64,000 nt of DNA from Ignavibacteriota bacterium. Its GTDB lineage: Bacteria > Bacteroidota > Ignavibacteria > Palsa-1295. The translations under genes were made by a program, and so were the position numbers. The stretch is taken from the NCBI GenBank assembly GCA_963787835.1, contig CAWBEI010000002.1, forward strand, positions 864,001 through 928,000, given 5' to 3'. Below are positions 1-11,000 of this stretch, piece after piece. Each line of letters begins with the position of its first letter. Positions within the stretch are counted from its first letter, which is position 1. The notes beneath the pieces were generated by a model. That model saw only the letters and a program-made list of their open reading frames with translations, was not told the origin of the DNA and made no database searches.

Positions 1-2079
1 ATCGCTGCCATCGAAAGTTCCGGTTCCGCTGGTTCCACCAATGGAGTTCCATCCTTCCGAGATCTGAACATTAGAAACCGAGTAGGATTTAGTACCGGCA
101 ACGACTGAGTTAGAGCCAATGTACGACCCATAACGAACCATATATCCACGGCCGAACTCCAGCGTGCCCTGCTGTTCCCATCCGCTTGACGATTGGTATT
201 GGTATGGCGTTGTAAGAGCATTACTGAAAATAACCGTTGAGCTTGGATCCGGCGGAATGACCGGCAAGGAAACAAGCGACCAGCTATTCTGCTTCAGGAA
301 TGTGGCGATATTAGCGATCGTGCCCGGGGTGTACTCGATATAGAAAGTATTAATGGTATGATCGTTGATCGTAACGCACTCAAGACCGTTCACCTGAGTA
401 GCATTGCGCAAGTCGATACCCTGATCGCTGCCGTTCAGCGTGAACTTTAGCAATACTCGTGCGCCTGCCGGGAATTGAGTCGGATCGACGCAAACCTTTA
501 CAGGATAGCAATTCACATTGCCTGGATTGAAGTTAACCTGATAGATCAGTGTGGTGTCTGTTGCGCTGTCGCGAATATCACGTGTGTAGCCCGCATCGTT
601 ATTGAGTGTCAAGGCATTTAGCAGATTCGGGTCAAGCGGTACGAAGTACGCGAAAGCACTGTCATGTGCCAAAGCACCGCCAACATCACCATTTGTAACA
701 AGCTGCTCTCCAAAAAGCTCATCAATGCTGTCTGTAGCACCTGGGCCTGTACCGAAAGTTAGGTAATCAGTCACACCATTAACGCAGCTATTAGAGATCT
801 GAAGCTGGATGCCCGTTCCGCCGGGCGTTGGCTCGTCGGGTGCTTGTTCACGAACGAAGCGTACTTTAAGCTGGAATGGAGAGTTCGATGCTCCAGCACA
901 TTGGAATGTTACCGTTGCGTAATACACACCAGCAGGAAGTTGCTGTGGATTTGGAACGGTCAGCCAAAGCGATATGGCCGTTGGTCCTTCGGTGGATAAT
1001 CCGAGTACATAATTATCAATGGCATCCCACCCGAGTGTGAGCGAATTACTACCACCTGGTCCGCCGCAATTGATGGACAGCCACGGTTGATCGGATGTAA
1101 TTAGGATGTTGTCAAATTCCGAACCAGCACCGCTGGACTGGAACGCATCCATGAGGAACTCTTGAGTAACAGAGCCATTAAACACGGTTGGATCATAGAC
1201 CAGATCATTAACGAGTGAGTCAACCGGTCCACCGGCTCCATCAACGAGTGCAAAATTTGGAATTGGTGAAAGCTCAAATACAGGAGGTGTGATGTAGGTA
1301 ACGTCCACTTCACCACGGTTAAACGGACCCCCGACACCCTGACCACCACCGAAATTGCCGATGTTGATAGGAAGGCCGCCATTTTCAGCGGTGTAGCCCG
1401 TATCACCCCAATGATCGTTGAAGCGAGCAGAATCAATGCTCACCAAGCCAGGATATTCTCCTGTTACGTGAAAGCGCAGCCAGAATAAAATTCCGTTATG
1501 CTCGGAATAACCGGAATCGGCCGAGTTGTTCTTCGGAAGCGGCACAGAGCTTGCGGCGGCAACACGAATGTAACGTTGATCCTGATCCTCAGGATTGTTT
1601 GCGTTGATCTCCGCAACGTTGATCAAAAATGTAGCGGCAAGACCGGTATCGGGATGCGGCGTCACAGAGCAATTAACTCCCTGGCTCGCAGAGACAATGG
1701 AAGGACCGACCATAACGACCGGTGAACCATGAGCTGTATCGAGCTCCATACCCCCTACATTATAGGAAATCTGAAAATCGAAGCTGCGAATAGGCTCAAG
1801 GTGCTGCCCGGGGCTGCCGCTCTTGCCTTCTGATATCCAGCTATTGTTCGGGTTCTGCGTTGTATCAACCGCATTCCATACCCAAACCGGGAGGAGAAAG
1901 TATTGATCCACGCCGGATATAGGAATTCGCAAATTCCCATCCCCCGGATGGACGTGAAAATTCCTAAGCGATAGCGTCGGATAGGGAATAAAATTTTGGC
2001 CGCGGACCACTGTGGTCCCGCCAGCAAGCACTAAAACAGCGAGCACAATGGCCGCTATCGAGCCGTATAGCTTTCGCAT
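1..2079 (-). CDS. Large secreted protein, 3' end runs off the window (cohesin-like domain, BACON/Ig-like domain, FGxxxxATDxID domain); probable T9SS cargo
   Basis: Absent from the ORF track because there is no stop in the window. I translated it by hand from ATG 2079 (GAGGAG SD upstream): MRKLYGSIAAIVLAVLVLAGGTTVVRGQNF... open to position 1. Signal peptide present; shares a domain with the 5066..11236 protein. Confidence 0.85.
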   Translation of the reverse strand, partial: MRKLYGSIAAIVLAVLVLAGGTTVVRGQNFIPYPTLSLRNFHVHPGDGNLRIPISGVDQYFLLPVWVWNAVDTTQNPNNSWISEGKSGSPGQHLEPIRSFDFQISYNVGGMELDTAHGSPVVMVGPSIVSASQGVNCSVTPHPDTGLAATFLINVAEINANNPEDQDQRYIRVAAASSVPLPKNNSADSGYSEHNGILFWLRFHVTGEYPGLVSIDSARFNDHWGDTGYTAENGGLPINIGNFGGGQGVGGPFNRGEVDVTYITPPVFELSPIPNFALVDGAGGPVDSLVNDLVYDPTVFNGSVTQEFLMDAFQSSGAGSEFDNILITSDQPWLSINCGGPGGSNSLTLGWDAIDNYVLGLSTEGPTAISLWLTVPNPQQLPAGVYYATVTFQCAGASNSPFQLKVRFVREQAPDEPTPGGTGIQLQISNSCVNGVTDYLTFGTGPGATDSIDELFGEQLVTNGDVGGALAHDSAFAYFVPLDPNLLNALTLNNDAGYTRDIRDSATDTTLIYQVNFNPGNVNCYPVKVCVDPTQFPAGARVLLKFTLNGSDQGIDLRNATQVNGLECVTINDHTINTFYIEYTPGTIANIATFLKQNSWSLVSLPVIPPDPSSTVIFSNALTTPYQYQSSSGWEQQGTLEFGRGYMVRYGSYIGSNSVVAGTKSYSVSNVQISEGWNSIGGTSGTGTFDGSD

Positions 2080-2190
2080 GGCTTTCTTCTCCTCAGTTTT
2101 AATATTGTTAAGGTTCATCGTACCTGACAATTAATTCGTTTTCAAAAAATTTGTTACACCCCAAAGGGCGATTTCCCGACTTTTCTATGG

Positions 2191-2955
2191 CTACCGTGGC
2201 TCTACAAGCAATGTTCCGATACATTTCGAATCCAAGCTCGTCTCATTTAGTATCACTCCGTACGTACCAGGGGGAAATCCTTGAGGGATATTCCATGCAC
2301 CAGAATACAACCTCCCTGACCATGCGACGTCTCCTGCCATGTCAACGATCCTTACCATCGCATCGCTTGAATACTCCGGTGCGTAAATCGTAACATGGTT
2401 TCGGGCAGGGTTTGGATAGATCGCTACTGGTCGCCCAGAACTTTCTATCGTGCTCACACTGGCATTATTTGACTTCGGAGTCCGAATCCATCCATCCTGT
2501 TGATGGACGATGTCAACGCCTTCATCACCAGCACCGAACACGATCCAATTTGTATCCCAGCGGATCCATGCAGTGTCTGCATTAGAATCTACCGTCATTC
2601 TGATCTTAAAAAGAACAGAGTCCGTAAGATCGATCTCCTGGTTTCCGAGTGCGAGCAATCCAGTGTGGCTCCCAGTGGTATCTAACAGCGCCGCCGATGC
2701 AGTACCTGCCATGATGTAGGCCACAAGGTTGCTGTTTGAAGTATCAAACAAAAATCTTGCGTTGAAATCATGGATGTTGTGTGCGTGGGTCGAAGTAAAA
2801 GTATAAAGTACTCGCACATCGACCGTTGATCCCGGTATTGCTGTTACGGTGTCGATACGAAGGCTCATTATGTTTTGCGCAGTTGCTTGTTTTGCGTAGC
2901 ATGCAAGCATTGCAAGCAGCGCCGTTTTAATGCACAGCCCCTGTATCGTAGCCAT
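2191..2955 (-). CDS. Secreted cohesin-like domain protein with T9SS C-terminal sorting domain
   Basis: Signal peptide; LRIDTVTAIPGSTVDVRV...FNARFLFD...VLFKIRMTV is cohesin-like; IYPNPA...PGTYGV is a CTD pattern. Confidence 0.8.
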   Translation of the reverse strand: MATIQGLCIKTALLAMLACYAKQATAQNIMSLRIDTVTAIPGSTVDVRVLYTFTSTHAHNIHDFNARFLFDTSNSNLVAYIMAGTASAALLDTTGSHTGLLALGNQEIDLTDSVLFKIRMTVDSNADTAWIRWDTNWIVFGAGDEGVDIVHQQDGWIRTPKSNNASVSTIESSGRPVAIYPNPARNHVTIYAPEYSSDAMVRIVDMAGDVAWSGRLYSGAWNIPQGFPPGTYGVILNETSLDSKCIGTLLVEPR

Positions 2956-2963
2956 AGGTTTTC

Positions 2964-3003
2964 AAAGAACAAGACGCAGTACCTTTCCATGAAAGGTACT
3001 GCG
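2964..3003 (-). terminator. Intrinsic terminator-like hairpin after the 3014..4963 gene
   Basis: CGCAGTACCTTTC-ATG-GAAAGGTACTGCG (13-bp stem) followed by TCTTGTTCTTT on the minus strand. Confidence 0.6.
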
Positions 3004-3013
3004 CGAAAAACTA

Positions 3014-4963
3014 TTATCGAACCACCTGCATCTTCGCGCACTGAGTAAAATCAGGCGTGGTGAGCTGATAGTAATAAAGGCCGGAGGCAACAAGGCTTCC
3101 GTTTACGTCACGACCATCCCACTGAACGGTGTTATGTCCGGCGGTACGGCCTTCATCGGAGATCAATGTCTGGACTTCGTGTCCGAGCACATCGAAAATT
3201 CGAAGCGTAACATTCTCTGAAGCCGTCAGATCGAAACCGATCGTCGTTTGACCGGAAACCGATACCACAAAGGGATTCGGCACGTTCTGTTCAAGATCAC
3301 TCTGGCTACCAGAAGTATTATCAGCAAGTTTAAGCGCTACATGGGATGACGAAAGGTTCGCATCGTTAACTTGTACGTTCTCGACATCGAATTCTGCATT
3401 CGTGTTTGCAGGGGCTCGTAGCTCGATATATCCAACCGTGGCACCATCGGCAAAATCACCGGAGGTTGCAAGCGCTACGCGTCCGAGCTTGGCATCGGAA
3501 CACATAATTGCTCCGTCGAGAGCGCGGGTGCCGATCAACTGAACTCCGCTTTGCTCCAAACCTTTAAGATCCATTTGAATGGATAACGGTCCGTTGACAC
3601 TGCCGCGAATAGTGATCGGGAGCGAAATTGTATTACCAGTGATATTTACATTCGAAACATCCGCAACGACTCCTGAAACATCGGTCGCATGCACTTCCGA
3701 AGATTTATATCCAGGAACCGGAAGCGATGATGGCCAGGGCAATGTCGCAAGCTTGCCGGCAAGATACATCATGATGTAAGCAGCGTCATAAGGGGTCGTA
3801 TGATAAAAATACGCTCCATAATTAGGGTTGTAAACCTGACCGGTATGATTGGCATCTCCATGGAATGCATTGCTTCCCTCAATGGAGTCGAGCGGAATTC
3901 CGCTGGCCGCAGCTTGTAACACCACGTTAGCATCGTTGATAGTAACAAAAAGACTTTGGTTATTTCGAACCTGCGGATTTGTGCTAGTGACCTGTGAAAG
4001 GTCGGCATCTCCATCACCCCACGTTGCAAGGAAATCTCTTCCAACCGGAACAAGCTGAAGTGCAAGACCGGGGGTACATCCAACAACCGGCGGCCAGCAG
4101 GTCGTGCGAGCAGAAGTGTTGTTAGCAACATCATTAGGATCGCTTGCGGTAGCAAAAAGTGCATTGATGTGCGTAAATCCTACGGAATCATTGGCTCCAA
4201 CGGCCGCACCAGAGGTGACTACGTTGCTGGCCGAACCGCTTGGCGGTCCGACTGGGCCGTACTGGAATTCGAACGTCGCGCGATCATCAGGAGCAGACTT
4301 GTCGTTCGCGAGTGGATTCTCACGAATGATCAATTGAAAAGATCCAACTGAATTTGGATTCGTCTTGTCGTTGATGTTGAGGTCGCTCCATTCAACCGTG
4401 AAGGTATAAAGCTGATCGAATGGGTAGTGAATACTGTTTGTGTTCGGATCCGGACGAGTCGCTATCGCGTAAGAAATTTTTGACGGGAAATAACCCGGTT
4501 CCGTTGTGCGATAGTAGTGGTCACCAAAAAATGGAGCAATACAATTATTCGGCAACACCGAGCTGAACAAAACGTTGTTGTTGGCAGGGGTGACCGGAAT
4601 CGGGTTGAATGGCTGGTCCTGCATATTGATCGACACCCATCCATTGATGTTGATATTGACCGAGTTGCACTGGTTCCCATTGTAGTCAAACGAGAAACCG
4701 GTCGGAACACCAACGGCTGTACCGTCATCCATGTCAATAGCACCCGTGAAATTCACGAAATTGATCGGCACGGTGCCTCCATTGGGAATACCTGGCAGAA
4801 CAGTGCCGCCAGCCAACGGGCTGTATGGAGTCGTGAGATTACGATACTGAACAGCGTAATTCGCCCACACGGGCTGTACGCCGAACTGTTGTGCATTAAC
4901 CGTTCCCACCAGTCCGATGGTGAGCACGGCAAGCATGATAATAAATCGTTGATACTGTTTCAT
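3014..4963 (-). CDS. Secreted protein with dockerin-like duplicated motif, cohesin-like domain and FlgD-Ig/T9SS C-terminal domain
   Basis: Start moved to ATG 4963 (AAGGAG SD; MKQYQRF signal peptide). GDADL...VTINDANVVLQ and GDANHTGQV...TPYDAAYIMMYLAG motifs; LEQNVPNPF...WDGRD...SGLYYYQL CTD. Confidence 0.85.
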   Translation of the reverse strand: MKQYQRFIIMLAVLTIGLVGTVNAQQFGVQPVWANYAVQYRNLTTPYSPLAGGTVLPGIPNGGTVPINFVNFTGAIDMDDGTAVGVPTGFSFDYNGNQCNSVNININGWVSINMQDQPFNPIPVTPANNNVLFSSVLPNNCIAPFFGDHYYRTTEPGYFPSKISYAIATRPDPNTNSIHYPFDQLYTFTVEWSDLNINDKTNPNSVGSFQLIIRENPLANDKSAPDDRATFEFQYGPVGPPSGSASNVVTSGAAVGANDSVGFTHINALFATASDPNDVANNTSARTTCWPPVVGCTPGLALQLVPVGRDFLATWGDGDADLSQVTSTNPQVRNNQSLFVTINDANVVLQAAASGIPLDSIEGSNAFHGDANHTGQVYNPNYGAYFYHTTPYDAAYIMMYLAGKLATLPWPSSLPVPGYKSSEVHATDVSGVVADVSNVNITGNTISLPITIRGSVNGPLSIQMDLKGLEQSGVQLIGTRALDGAIMCSDAKLGRVALATSGDFADGATVGYIELRAPANTNAEFDVENVQVNDANLSSSHVALKLADNTSGSQSDLEQNVPNPFVVSVSGQTTIGFDLTASENVTLRIFDVLGHEVQTLISDEGRTAGHNTVQWDGRDVNGSLVASGLYYYQLTTPDFTQCAKMQVVR

Positions 4964-5029
4964 GGGTCTATTGCTCCTTGAAAGTTGCTTCACTATAAAA
5001 ACTCTGGTTTATTTTGATCGGTAGAGGTT

Positions 5030-5055
5030 GGCCGCAGGACTTCTGCCCTGCGGCC
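5030..5055. other. GC-rich intergenic hairpin without U-tract (possible mRNA stability or processing element)
   Basis: GGCCGCAGG-8nt-CCTGCGGCC. Confidence 0.4.
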
Positions 5056-5065
5056 GCTCTTAATA

Positions 5066-8000
5066 TTATTGGGCGCTTCGCTCCATTGACATCTTGACAG
5101 AGGAGCCAAAGCTTCCAGCACGCATGGTCGCGATGTAGGTGCCATCCGGTACAGGCGCACCCGATGCGTCAGTACCATCCCAGGTAACAGGATAGGAACC
5201 TGCATCCAGTGATTCGTTCACGATCGTACGGATGAGCGCACCCTTCACATCGTAAATATCGATGCGAACATTAGAACGAGTCTGAACCGAGAAGCTTAAT
5301 GTCGTCGCTCCGTTAAATGGATTCGGATAGTTCGGCTGGAGCGCAAACTGCGTCTGCGAACTGGTGCCCACTCCCGAGTTAGCTGGCTGGAATACGATGA
5401 TCGCATTCGTCAGTCCCTGGTTGCGGATCTGGAGGCACTCGGTGTCCGAGCCGACCGACTTGAGCGTATAGAGGCTATTGTCGATTGGACCCTGTCCGGT
5501 TGCCATGTCGATCGAAAACTCCTGCGATGACTGCGGGTCTCTCAAATAGAAGTGTCCGGTGTTGAACGGCGCAGGCAACGAAGCGGAATCGAGGCATGAA
5601 CGCGTCCAGCATATTTGAATTGGATACAAGCTGCCCGCACCGCCGCCGTCGTCACCAGGCTGGAATTCAACCTGCCATGTGATCGAGGCATTGGAATTAT
5701 TGCGGATGTCGATCGTCGTTCCGTCCACACTGCCGCCGATCGGAAGCACCCAACGTGCATCGAAGGAGCTGGAAGGCGGAATTGGAGCAAGTTCATACTC
5801 GCAATACTGCTGATCAATACCGTCGGTGGCCGACTGACCCGCGCCGAAGCAGAGCTGCTGTACATCAACTAAAGGATGAAGCGTCGTCTGTGTGTTCGAT
5901 ACAAGGATCGTACACTCGAATGCAGGATTCTCACCAAGATTGACAGGCAATCTCATCGTGTCGGACAAGCCGCTAATATCATGAACGATAACCTTAACAA
6001 ATTCCTGAGGCACCGGTACCTGTGAGAAGTAGTTCGAATTCTCATTGAACGATCCACAGATCTGGAACCGTACAGAATCGTTAGAGAGCTGACCCGTAAA
6101 GGTAACTGTTGAGCCACTACCGTTAATCTTGAATCCATTGGAATCGGTAACAGTAATCGTATCAACTGCGCAAGGCATACGGGTGAGGTCAGGATCATAG
6201 ACGGTGATGCTGTCACAGAACTGCGTATTGTTCAGAACGCACATCTCTCCTGGTCCACGAACGAATGCCGGCGGATGATTGACCGAATCAACATTGATCG
6301 GAATGGTCTCCCATGCTGCCACGCAGTAAGAAGTGCCGTTGCCGTCGGTTACAACAACCGTAAGCGTATCCGGGCCATTGCATGTACCTGGGAAGCTCGG
6401 AGCATCCGTATCGCCAGGAATACCGGAGAGCACACCGGAGTATGGATCGATGTGGATCCAGTTTGGCGTCGTGCCAACGATCGTATCCGGCTTGCCCATG
6501 TGGCTCTTGCTGACGACCCATGTGCCGTTCGCCAACATCGAATCCTCTGCTGGAACCTTGTTCGGGAAGTCTCGGAAGAGATACTCGGTGTTTCCACGAT
6601 AGAGCAAGCGATAGGTAAGGCTGTGCTCCGGATTCAGGTTCTGCACCTGAATTCTCTGAATGTCATTCGCATTCTGGAAATTCAAGCTGTAGTCAATACC
6701 TTCTTTAGCGTCCGGCAACGTGGTTGTTAAGAATGTCGGAGCAAAGAGGATTGTGATAGGCTCATTCACGATCGTTTGACCGGTGTGCCCATCGTTCGCC
6801 ATAACAGCCATGACGGTATCGAGATTAAGCTCGCCCGGATTTGGATTCACCTGCGGCACCGTCTGCAAGTAGTTGTTCACAGCATCGCTGGAATCAATTC
6901 TTACATTGATAATGCCCAATCTGAGGAAGTTCGGATCGGTGCTGTCAATGGGAACATAAATTCCGCCCTGCGGCTCAACCATCCATGACGGCTGAGTAAC
7001 GAAGTTATAGCTGGTACGGCCGTACTTGAAGTTACGGTAGAAGCTGGTGTCGGTCGGCCCAGTTGACCACGCTAAATGCCTTACCAAATCAGGATTTAAG
7101 CTGTTCGTAGTTGCCGGCGCTTCCGTTTCCACGGCAGCGGCGGAATCCTCACGCTCATCATCCGTATTGAGATCGAGCGAGTAGCGGAGCGAGTCTGTCA
7201 AGATGCCAACAGGTCCAGGATAACCGCAAGACGATGGTCCTATTGCATCGAATACCGGCACACTGTCCATAACCACGATCTTAAAGTGGTATGTGTTTGT
7301 GGACGCAGCTACGCAAAGTGTATCTGGGATAGCGGTAGTACTATCTGGGTTCCTGTCGCAATTCATATACGGCGGGAATACCCACATGCTAAGCGACTCG
7401 CTATCCGGTCCTAATGCTCCTGGGAAGCCGTTTAGCAAACCGTTCTCAGATACATAGTTCGGCGGGAAGTTTGTGAGCGTCGCTGTGAGCGATTCTCCAC
7501 CCGGCACGACGTCTGGATTGTGCGGTTGTCCGGAAAGCTGAACGTACCCATTTGATCCCGTGATGTTCTGGTTGTAAATAACGGTCTGATGTAACCAGTG
7601 GGTTAGACGTACATGATTCTCGACAGAATCCAGAGCAGCCGCAGGAATATAGGTTGCACCACCCGGAGCTGCTCCTGAGGGTACAACATCTCCCTTGAAG
7701 AGATCAATGCTCACGTTGATACCAAGCTGCGTGTAGTTTCCTGGATTGAACAGGAAGCGAGGATCGTAGAAGTTGTTCGGATCGTAACCCCCAATTCGGA
7801 ACAGCGTTGTGTTTGCGTTCGAATTGTTATAGTTAACATCCTCTTTTACAAAGCGCACGTTTGGATTGTACGGATCCGATTGAAGTTTTGGAATATCTCC
7901 GACAAACTGCGGCGGAAGCACATTGCCGATCGTGAACTGAAGGCCATTGGCAATCGCGTACGCGGCGCCATACTTCCAAAGCTGAGTGCGGCTGATGACA

Positions 8001-11000
8001 TAAATGTTGTCGCCAGGACGTACCGGCAACGTGTGATATTTCTCACCGGCATACCATGTGCCCGTCTTCGGTCCACCGGATTCACAATCCATTTGAACTA
8101 CATCTCCAGGTGCATTAAGATCGCTTGGGGAGAGTGTGTACTCACGGCCCGCGAGAGCAGCAGAGTCCTCAAGCAACGATGCGCGCTGCGCTTCGGCATA
8201 CGTCCATGCCGATGGGCGCAAAAGCGAAAGCGAGAACAGGGTGTTCGTGCGCAGATTTGGATGACGCTCGACGATCGATGAGTCCGGAACGAAGTCAAGT
8301 CTGCCCTGATAGGTCTGCTGAACATCGGAACCGCCCTCGGCCGCCTTGATCTCCTTCAGGTTCACGCGAACGAACTCGTTCGTGCTCTGATTGAGAACGA
8401 TGTACGTGGTATAGTTCTCGGCGTTGTCATCACGATTCGAATCGCTGAGTGCAACGTCAGCCTGCAGGAACAACGGGTATCCAATAGGATGCGGCCCAGT
8501 GAAATCGATCTGCATGAGGTCGATCTTGTTCACGTAAGTTGAATCTTGATCAAAAATGTTGCGCGTAAAGCGGTGTATCTTGACGATGTTTGCAGGCAAA
8601 CCAAGCGAGAACGCTTCGGATGGCGCAAGGCGGCGGTTGGAGTAATCTGCCGTCTTCATGTTCGTGCCTCTGTCATATAGGTCATATACGCGGCCTTCCA
8701 TTAAGAGCGTATCCGGAATGGTGCCGATCGAATTAGCCTGATACGAATACGTCGGATTGCTATTCGGCTCATAGATATTGGTGTAGCAGCCGTTGTAGTA
8801 ATCGATAAAGAAGCTACCCTGCTCAACACCTGTTGGTGGGTGTTCTTCGGTAACGATTCCCGGGCCTGTTTCACCCCAGAAGTTACCACGAAGCGTATCG
8901 ACGCCGCTCTTGCCGATCACAGGAGAGACCGGAAGGCGCACAACGTATCGTGCAGAGTTGCCATAGATAGCATCATTGCGCGAGTTGCTTGCATAAGAAG
9001 GAATAGGACCTTCGAAATCTGCCCAAATCGTTGCTCCTACGTTCGGATCTCCCGGATTTGCAACACCCGACGAATCGAGATCGACCGTTGCGGAAGAAGT
9101 AGAAGTACAAATGTTATTCGAGATGAGCGTCAGGTTCGTCATGATCTTCAGGTCGAACTGATCGCTCCAAATCGCAGAGCCAGAATACGCCTCGTTGCGC
9201 TCAAAGCGAGCCTGACTGATAATAGTCGAATCAATTGGAGCCAGCGAGCAAAGGTCGCTCGTGATGCGAATGTACATGGCGCCACCGCGTCCGTGCGCCG
9301 ATTCCGTGTTCGATGGATCATAGCTATACAGACCTGCAGAATCCGGTCCGAGATAAGCAGCATTACCGATAAAACGGGTTAGCTCGCGCTGATCGTATGG
9401 GAAAATGCTTGCAGTAGGATCTTGTGGAATCGTTGGGTTCTGAGCGTTATACTGATTCTCAGCGAAATAACGGTTGATAGCAGTCTGATTGGCGCAAGCG
9501 ATCTCATCTTCGATCATAACCGCACCACCATTACCGCCGACAACAAAGTTTCCATTGAATTCTGTCGAGAACGTGGAATCACGGAAGCCAACATACTCTG
9601 CGCCGCCGCCCTTTACGCTTTCAGCGTATTGAGCACCACGATTTACGCGAGCATCGAACGGATTAACACTGTTCTGCAAGTGCCATGATCGGCGTTCGCT
9701 TATATCCGGCGTTCCGCCTGCATTACCATCGAGGTAGATACTTCCCCCACCCTCACCGGCAACGTTATTGTAAAACTTCACACGCAATTCGATAGAATCA
9801 AAACCACCCGGCCACGCCAGCGAAAGAGGCGCAAGGTAGCCAGTGATATAAACCTGGTTCGGAGCATAGATAGCTCCGCCGTATGTGTAGGCAACGTTTC
9901 CGTCAAACTCGATCTTTCCGGAATCGCGAACACCGTTGACAAAGTTTTCAGCATTGACGATGAGACGTGGAACCGGCATTCCGAGTACGTTCGAAGGATT
10001 GCCAAGTTCAATTGCACCACCCATACCGGCAACGCAACCATTGAACATCGCCGTCTTCATGATCGCAAGGCCAGGCATCTGGTCGTTAGGTGTTCCGTTC
10101 GTCACGAGATTCTCGTGCGGGTTACCGGCATACGGGCTTACACAGATGGCTCCACCCCATGAGTTGAGATCATAACCTTCGATCGCAGAGTCGTTATTGA
10201 ATGTCGCCTGCGAAAGAACAAGTCCGCTGTTCGTACCTACATAGATAGCGCCGCCCTCGGCGAAATCGGTACCTACATTACTGGATAAAAGATTGAATGT
10301 ATTGTTCGCCGTGCAACGCTCGAAAAGCATTTGATCTTGCGTGGCAGTGAAAAAGATCGGATTTGCGGGCGTACCGGTTACAAATGGGCTGTGACCGAGG
10401 TAGCCGACCACGTTGTCAGCCGCAACATAACTCGTAGCATTCGAGGCCATATAAATGGCGCCACCGAGCGCGAGATTGCTCGTCGGAGCCGAAGTCTCAT
10501 TATTATAGACGCGTGTATCGCGAATAGTAAGAAGGCATACCTGGTGGTTTGCAAGCGCGAGACGACCATCGTCAGGCGCCGGCCAGCCTACCGGAGATTG
10601 AAGGAATGCGAAAGCGCCACCGGCAAACGATGCGCGGCAGCTATCCACGATAACATTGTAAAGGTAAGTCTTAGCAGAGAACGTTGCGATTACACCACCT
10701 ACGCCGTTGATCACATTGTCGATCGCGTTATTGAACGACGCATGCGTAGCATCGTAGATGGGACTGTAAAGATAAGTTTGATCGACCGTATTGCGCTTAC
10801 GGAAGTTCGTGAACCGAACGTTCGCGAAATACGCGGAGTCTGAATTTGGAAGAATGACAAAATGACCCCACTCGAAAGAGGTGTCACCTTCCGACGCACC
10901 ACGGAAAAGGATGATGCTATCTGACGGGATCAAGCCAGGGATGGTTGCATAACCATTGGCGATGATCTTGCCGCCGGTGGAGTCAACGATGCGGCTATTG

